From IMG/VR virus record IMGVR_UViG_3300021400_000025, positions 342,479 to 406,478 of that record: a stretch of 64,000 bases of DNA; one strand, written 5' to 3'. The first letter of the stretch is position 1; each line of letters opens with the position of its first letter. The position numbers and the translations under genes are program-made. The stretch comes from a virus (taxonomy: Duplodnaviria > Heunggongvirae > Uroviricota > Caudoviricetes). Of this stretch, positions 56,944 to 64,000 are shown one piece after another. The notes under the pieces were generated by a model, which was given only the letters and a program-made list of their open reading frames with translations, did not search any database and was not told the origin of the DNA.

Positions 56944-57142
56944 AATGTTGAAGGCAATATGAAATATTGAAGGCAATATATTGAAAAACAATGAAAGAAA
57001 ATACTGAAGAAAAATATTGAAGATAGAAAGAATATTGAAGACAATATAATGAAAATACTGTGAAAAGAAAATATTGAAGATAATATGTTGAAGATAGAAG
57101 ATTATGGAATCAAAAGCATTGAAGATGAAGAACATGTTGAAA
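56944..57142 (+). repeat. Array of about 11 degenerate AATATTGAAG direct repeats
   Basis: Copies near 56944, 56963, 56978, 57000, 57013, 57031, 57054, 57070, 57084, 57113 and 57131, with irregular A-rich spacing. Confidence 0.85.
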
Positions 57143-57180
57143 AACACTTCATGTCAGAACTTCTCATGCTGAAATCCACG

Positions 57181-57360
57181 AAGCTTTGATTGAAAGTCGA
57201 TGGGGGAGTTGATGCCGGCTTCGCCAGCATCACCCCCGAATGTCTGACGACATTCTCCCCCCAAGATTCAGCAATTCATTGGGAAATGCTTGGGAATTGT
57301 TCGATGTTCTTTGACGAAAGCTGTTGAACCAGACGAATGTACTTGTCAAAGCTTTCAACT
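57181..57360. ncRNA. Candidate structured RNA/DNA element
   Basis: Hairpins at 57210-57232 and 57238-57255 closed by gggggag/ctccccc; 57181-57189 is complementary to 57346-57354. Confidence 0.4.
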
Positions 57361-57486
57361 TGAAAACCATGGGGAGATGTTTTTAATATAGGACCTATGC
57401 AGATATATATGTTGAAAGATGGAAAGAAAGATAGATTGATTTTCCACGCGCAAGGGGGTGGCGATTTTTTTTGTCGTTTTGCTGTC

Positions 57487-59388
57487 TCAAAGCCCAATCT
57501 TCATCCATTTTTCGTTCACGGGATTTCCATCATCGTCAGTTATCTGGACTTCATCGGTGTCTGGCTTTGCCAAGGCTTCATCAGGATCATCGGTGACTCG
57601 AACTTCGTCTTCTTCATCTGGGACATTGACCTCTGGCTTGGATTGCCTTGGCTCTTCTTCATCCACCTTCCCATCTTCAGGTTCATCTGGTGGGGGCAGT
57701 GGCTTCTTTGGTTGTTCTGGTTCCTCTGGTTCATCTGGCTTTTCGGAGGTCTTGACGACATCAACATCCTTCTGTTGTTCAGGCTCTTTCTTCTTTTGTT
57801 GCTGCTGTCCATCGTCCTTCTTCGACTATGGCTTTGGTTTTGGTTTTTCTGGAGTGTTCTTGTAGTTCTCCATGTCGGCCTTTGTCTTCATCTTCGCGTC
57901 CTGCTCCTTCTCTCTGTTCTGACGATGAGCCTTCATCTTCTGCTCCTCCTTCTCCTTCTCTTGCTCCTCTTTCCTCCTCTGATCTTCCAATCTGTCGATT
58001 TCCTGCTTGATTTCAATGGTGAACTTGGGGGAGAACGAAGTTGGGGACCTCTTCGCCTGGAGACAGTTGTCAACAAGGAAGCACTTGATTGTGTTGTCCT
58101 CGCCTGGGGTGAAGTCCTGCCCATAGAAGTAGGTCGCCTGTCCACGTATCTTCGTCCGTCTGGTTCTGTATGAATATGGCGCAACCCTTCTGGAGATAGT
58201 CTCTCCATCCACAGTCTCGTACTTCAACCAGACCATCTTGTGGTTCTCCGCGCACCATGCTATAGTGTCCCACATGTCCTCTGTGCGTTCAAGGAAGATC
58301 CATCTGCCATCTTCGTCTGCGCTTTCCTTCATCACTGTCCTTCTTGTCTTCCTTCTCCTCTTGCGCCTTTTCCTCTTCGGTGGCTCGTCCCCAGTGACAT
58401 AGTGTCTGCCGTTTGGCAAGGGCGCGTTGATTCCAGGAACAACAACGCCATCCACTATCCACTTGCCCTCCTTTGACGCTACCGACACTCCACAGAATAT
58501 CAGGGTGAACGCGCTGTTCTTGATCTTCCACTTGGTGTAGATTGGGAAGTTTTCGATGATGTCTGTGTCCTGCTTCTCTATTATCCTCTCAATCTTCTGG
58601 GTTCCACTTGACATCCCCTCGAAGTTCCCAATGAACACCGCACCATTCGTTATGTCTGTACCGAACCAACAGAGGTTGAGGAGTTCCTTGTTCGTGATTC
58701 TGACGTCCATGTAGTCCCCAGATCCAAGTCCATTTTCCCTTGCGTATCTTCTCAGAATCCTTGCGCATCCAGCCAGGATTTCGCGGAACATCTTCTTCAC
58801 CTTGCAGACGTATGTCGCGTTAGTCTTCTTGTGGGAGATGCCATATGTTGAACCATCTGCCAACTTCACTGTGGTGTCCGTCCTGCACACCTTTCCATCC
58901 TTGCCATGGATTTGGGCCGAGTCAATGACCTCCACTATGTCAAGCACGACACGTTTTCCATAATTGTCTGAAATGTCAAGGTGGCACACGCCATTCTTCT
59001 GTATCTCGTTGAATATGAACTTCTGGAAGTCAAGTTCGTTCTGCCTCCCCGCCCTGTGCGTCCCACCCTTCATTATCTTCACGATAATCACTTCGTCGGT
59101 TCCATCTTGGACAGCCTGCAGCATGAACCCTGTTGCCTTTGTCTTCCGTGGCTGAATGAACTCAACGCCAATGTCTGGACCCACCTCGAACCTCAACTTC
59201 TTCCTTGTCTCGGATGGGTCGGAGCAGTGGACGTGGATGACCTTCACGCCCTTTTTCCTCTCCACGACCTCGACTTCAAGTCCTTCCTCTTGCCTCAGAA
59301 TCTCGGCAAGTTCGTCAACGGAGAAAGCCTCGTAGTTCTCCTCATCGTCATCGAAATCCTCAATGTCATCATCGTCAAAGTCCTTCAT
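57487..59388 (-). CDS. Putative PD-(D/E)xK-like domain plus WYL domain and acidic Pro-rich tail (633 aa), one internal TAG
   Basis: NE..RTD..ISHK; WYL-like VWLKYETVDGETISRRVAPYSY..FYGQD..IKCFLVD; readthrough at 57826 to TGA 57487. Confidence 0.7.
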
Positions 59389-59404
59389 GTTCCCGATTCT
59401 CCAT

Positions 59405-62400
59405 TCATCTTGTCTGCTTCATCCTCTGGTTGAACTTTCCTGCAAGCGAAGGGTCGTTCATTGGTGGGTATTTGCCACCTTCTGGGTTCATCAACTTGAA
59501 CACCTCCTCGAACTGCTGGTTGTCAAGTTCATCTGGAAGGACTTTCCTCAACGCCTTTTTGTCGTCTATGTGGTCTCGCACATAGGTTGCCGAGATGTTC
59601 TCGTTCCCACTTGTTGTGGCAGGCGCTGCGTTCTTGGCAACGTCAAGTATCTCAACATTCTGGAGGGTGTCGACGAACTTGGGGTTGGTGAACTGGTCAA
59701 ATCTCTTTGGGTCGTCCTTGTCGGAAAGCCCAAGCATCACCTTGCAGTTGCTGATGTGATGCAGCATGGAGTTCACCCAGTTCATTGGGTTCAACGTCAT
59801 GGATATGCTCACCTTGTCTTCAATTCCTGCAGCTTGACAGTAAATCTCCATTATCTGTCCAGCCACGAAGTTTGGCATTGTCCTTCCAAACTTGTCCTTT
59901 CTCTGGGAAGCCACGTTTGTCTGCCCTGATATGGCAACTATGACCTCATCGCACTTTTTGGCGTAGAACTTCACCATGTCGAAATGCCCCTTGTGTGGTG
60001 GCTTGAACGAACCTGGAATCAAGGCGATTGTCTTGCCCTGCTTGTCCGTGATCTTTCCACCAACGAAGTCCACAAGCGACATGACATCGTTCGTCAACTG
60101 CGCTGGGTCGAATTTCTGTGGGAGCATGTTCGCCCTGCTCTTTGATATGTCGTCAATGAACTTTGGCAAGTCAGTCCTTGTCTGCGCGTTGTCGATGAGT
60201 TCTGCGCTCCTTGTGGCGAACTTGGGGAGAAGTTCCTCGTATTTCGCCTGGTACTTCTCTGGATTCTTCCTTATGGCGTTCACCATCTGCGAGAACCCAG
60301 CCTTCTCTGGCATTCCTGTTATCTGGCTCAAGAACTTCTTGGTGAAGTTAGCCATTTCGTCAATCTCGCCAAAGTAGCCATTTCTTATGTCCTTCCATGA
60401 CTGGTAGTGGATGCCGTACAGCCTTCCACCCAACTCGAACGCAACTCCCTCAAGAGAGCCATCGTCTTCTGGCATTATGTCGGGGTTCTTGAACTTGCGC
60501 TTCATGATGTCGGTCATGGCTGCGTTGATGCTGTCGCGCACTCTCTCCGCCTCTTCCTTCTTCATGTCCATTGGGTCTGTCTTTGACAGTGGCTCAATGA
60601 CCTCTTTCGGGAAATCGTCCTTGCTGATGTCAATCTCCTGCGCGAACTGGTTGATGTCAAAGTAAGATGCGTTCGCGTCAGAAAGTTCCGAACATGCGAA
60701 ATGGACAATCTTCTTCTTGGTCTCATCGTCCAGATTGTATGCCTTTTCGCTGTTGAGTCCCTTCACGTCAATTATGACAAGAGACCCGTTCTTTCCAAGT
60801 TTTGTCGCGTCATATGTTGTGCCGACATAGGTGATGGTTCCATCTGCGTCCGCGAACTCGTCTCCATTTGCCAGAAGCTCTCCGACGAGTTTCACTCCAT
60901 CAAGACCCAGTTTCTTGGCGAACTGAGCCATCTTCTTGTTCTGGTGAGATTCAACGTAATCGTAGAACTTCCTTTCGTGTGGGAACACGCCCTTTCCAGT
61001 TATCGCCTCAACTCCTTCCTTGTCAAGAAGTCCAGAGTAGGACAGTTCCATCATGACCTTTCCATCAAGCCACGCCACCCTGAATGGATATCCATCAATC
61101 TTCGGCGTTGTCTTCACAAGAAGCGACGAGTTGTTGACCCCATCTATGAAGTTTTGGAGAAACACGCGCAAGTCCTTTCCAGTCAACTGGTGTATCTTCG
61201 TCATTGCCTCCCTTGGCGTGTCAAGGGCTGACATGTTCTTGGTTGACTTGATGGATTCGTCAAATACTTTTTTTTTAGTGGTTGATTCGGCGGCAGCGAG
61301 TCGTTCTGCTTTCTTTTTCTTCGCCAGTCCAAACATTCCCTTCAAGTTGTCAATTCCAAGGTACTTCTCCAGCTCTGGTGGAAGATAGGGCAGGTTTCCA
61401 CCCTTGATTGCCTGCTCTATTCCAAGTTTCAACGCCTCTCTGAAAATAGGCTCCTTCTTGGGGTCTTTGAGAATGCCAACCTTCTTGACGGCCTTCCATG
61501 CGTCTTTCCAGGTCAGCATGTTCTGGGAATCAACGCCAAACAGGATTTCGCATATCTCGTCTGGGTCGTCCGTCACCAGTTCCATTCCAGTCTTCTCCTC
61601 GGAACCCTTGTGGAAACCCTCTTCGCCTTTCTTCCCCTTCATCAATGGACGTTCAAAGGTCTTCTTGTACAGTCCTCCAATCTGGTGGCTGTACGAATAC
61701 CTTTCCCATTTTGTGGCATTGTCCTCTCCATCCCTCTTGTTCACCTTGCCCTTGTCAAGAACCTTGTAGCCACTTACCTTCGCTGCTGCGCTGATTATCT
61801 GGTTCCTCACAAGACCCTTCACATAGTCCTCGCCCTCCTTCTCTGCTGGAGCATATTGAGACCAATCCCTGAACTTCAGGTTCTTGTCTGGGATGAGGTC
61901 AAGTTGGACATATTGATCATCCTGCTTTCCATCCGAGTTCACTATTGGATAGGCAAACGCAATTCCCTCGAATCCATATTGTGGCAACTCGTCAATGCCA
62001 ATGCTGTATTTCTCGGCGAAATCCCTGCATATGTCAAACCATTCCTCTGGGGTCTCAATTCCAAACTTGTCCTGTAGGGCAGACATTGAGATTGCGCAGT
62101 CAACGTCTCCACTTGAACCTGAATCCAGTTTCTTACCTGTTGAGCCAGTGAATATGATTTCATCGTCCTTCAATCCAAAGAACTCCTTCAACTTGCCACG
62201 TATTTCGTCCATGGTTGGCTTTGCGTTCTTCTGGTTGATTCTGGTGACGTAATCGAATCTGTTTCCACCTTCCTTGACAATCATGGTTGATTCGTTCGCC
62301 TGAATTGGCTCAAGTCCAGTCGCGTCAAGTATCTCTGGTGGAATCTCAACTCCAGCCTTCATCTTGTCAATCATTTTCTCCCTTAGAGACTATATGAACT

Positions 62401-63319
62401 TGTCCCAGTTGTCCTTCGCCCAATAAGCCTTCTTCGCGGCGTTCCATGTGCTTTCCCAGTCCATCAAGTCCTTTCCCTTGACATTCGGCCCAAACATCTT
62501 CTTGGCTATTGTGTCTGGGTCGTTCGTGACGAGAGTTCTGGAGTCCTTTGTCCCAGTGGTGTATACAGTGTCTGGCGCGCCCTTTGGCTGAATCTTCATT
62601 GGTTGTCTGACGCATTTCTTCATGTTGAGACCTTCCTGTATGAAGTAGGAGTATTCCTCCCATTCAACCATGTCCTTCCTTATTCCATCCTTGAACTTGA
62701 CAAGTCCAGTCTTCAGAACCTTCACCTTGTCCATGGCATGGGCAACGGCCTCTATTATGGAATTGCGCACTGCTCCCTTGAAGAACTTCTTTCCCTGCAC
62801 TTCCGAAGGAGAGTACAGAGACCAGTTCTGGAACTTCATGTGCCTTGTCGCCATCATGTCAAGTTGGACGAACTCCCCCTCCTGTTTTCCATCGAAGTTC
62901 TGTATCGGGCACTTGATTGAATACAGAGTGGGTATCATTCTGGATTCAATTCCCATGTCGTCCATCACTGGCTTGCAGTGGTCGGCAAGTGCCCTGACAA
63001 TCTCCTTGGTGTCTGTTATCCCTTCAAGGAAATCGCATTTTGTCGCGTCAATGCCCAGATCAATGTCCCCACTTGTTCCACCAGCCAGTTTCTTCCCAGT
63101 GCTTCCAAGTGGCTGTACCCATTTTCTGTCAATGTCCAACGCTGGGAGGATGATCTGGTAGATGTACTTCAACGTCGCCGCGACATTCTCCTGATGGATT
63201 CTGGTTGCGTCAGGAAACATCTTTCCCCCTTCCATCACCAGTTCATTCTGTTCGCCAACAAGAACTGTCCTCAAATCTTCAGCGCTCATTCTACCAACCG
63301 TGTCTTTAATTCTGTTCAT
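59405..63319 (-). CDS. Multi-domain protein (1304 aa): two Pol-beta-type nucleotidyltransferases, a ligase-like KxDG domain and an HxGH cytidylyltransferase-like domain
   Basis: ORFs 62390..63325 and 59405..62374 are in frame across TAG 62390. GSTGK..SGD(I/V)D..VQLD twice; PKIDG, GELL, EGVAF; PGSFKPPHKGH, ISATYVR. Confidence 0.8.
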
Positions 63320-63350
63320 GGTCAAGTTGCCTTAAGGTGTCTGTTGTTTC

Positions 63351-63382
63351 TATTTACCAAAAGAGAACCAGAAAGGTAAATA
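63351..63382. promoter_or_regulatory. Divergent pair of putative late promoters (GTAAATA)
   Basis: tatttac at 63351-63357 and gtaaata at 63376-63382. Confidence 0.7.
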
Positions 63383-63390
63383 GTCATACC

Positions 63391-64000
63391 ATGAAAATAC
63401 CACAGCCATTCACTGAGGGTGGACATATGCCCTTCAAGAACGATGCTGGGGAGCAGCTTGAAGTTTCCCCGATAGACCAGGAAAACGTTGCCGCGACCCT
63501 TGACGATATACATGACAGGTTCATTTCGGGATACCTTCATCTTGATCCAGACAAGGACACATCCACTCTTGGTTCCACGGGAAAGAGGTTGAATGGAGAG
63601 CAGAGTTCTGACATAGACATAGCCATTGACTATTCAAGGCTGCAGGAGGAATGGGATTTGCCAGAATGGACTGGGAAGCGCATTGAGGAATGGGTGGATT
63701 TGGCAAAGTCTGGCGCAGAGGAATGTGGGGTTGAGTTTTCCATGGCCGCTACGGTGTGTTCATTGCGTTGGCCGATTGTGAACGATGATGGAAAACAGAA
63801 GGACGAGTACGTTCAAGTTGACTTGATGCCCACAACCAACATGAAGATGACCAAGTTTGGAAGGTTCTCCCAGCAGCAGAAGGATGGGGAGACTTTCTTC
63901 AAGGGTTCTGTGAGGAACATAATGTTGGCAATCATGGCTCGCTGTTCATACCACAAGGACTTGACTGACGAGACCCACATCAAGGTTTTGGACGATGGCA
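63391..64000 (+). CDS. Third Pol-beta-type nucleotidyltransferase paralog, truncated by the window end
   Basis: MKIPQPFTEGG..DQENVAATL..LGSTGKRLNGEQSSDID..VQVDLMP..FFKGSVRN; not in the ORF track. Confidence 0.85.
   Translation, partial: MKIPQPFTEGGHMPFKNDAGEQLEVSPIDQENVAATLDDIHDRFISGYLHLDPDKDTSTLGSTGKRLNGEQSSDIDIAIDYSRLQEEWDLPEWTGKRIEEWVDLAKSGAEECGVEFSMAATVCSLRWPIVNDDGKQKDEYVQVDLMPTTNMKMTKFGRFSQQQKDGETFFKGSVRNIMLAIMARCSYHKDLTDETHIKVLDDG

Noticed and set aside
56944-57142. CRISPR array for the Cas12-like protein
   Set aside because: Repeats are only about 10 bp and degenerate, and the gaps are 3-19 nt, irregular and A-rich rather than unique spacers.
56902-57147. Hydrophobic 81-aa ORF on the minus strand
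   Set aside because: An F/N/I-rich translation artefact of the repeat array.
57202-57262. Suppressor tRNA
   Set aside because: Only two inner stems, and no T-loop consensus, anticodon arm or CCA. I recognised no tRNA in the window.

Overview
This window is part of a large T4-like (myovirus/jumbo) phage genome that uses an alternative genetic code. In-frame TAG codons read as Gln, as shown by the terminase Walker A motif SR*VGK and by an internal repeat where TAG aligns with Gln. The TAGs occur almost only in late/virion genes, while replication and early genes are TAG-free and end mostly in TGA. Reading TAG as Gln merges many fragments of the ORF track into intact genes: an intein-containing large terminase, a 3779-aa adhesin-like protein, a 1568-aa tape-measure-like protein, the tail sheath, Hsp20, an HNH endonuclease, an ArdA-containing polyprotein, a nuclease-WYL protein and a 1304-aa multi-nucleotidyltransferase protein. 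The TAG-free genes include nrdD/nrdG, primase, a gp47-like nuclease, UvsX, gp32- and UvsY-like proteins, a DNA methyltransferase, a MoxR-like AAA ATPase and cassettes of small hypothetical genes. Two promoter classes are visible: a late-type GTAAATA motif and sigma70-type early promoters. Three things stand out. First, a set of late, modular proteins punctuated by prohead-protease-like (I/L/V/M)xE sites may be injected anti-defence cargo. Second, a RuvC-dead TnpB-like gene is followed by an AATATTGAAG repeat array and a structured element. Third, a terminase-ATPase paralog carries a Tat-like leader. All product calls come from motif recognition by eye; no database searches were run.
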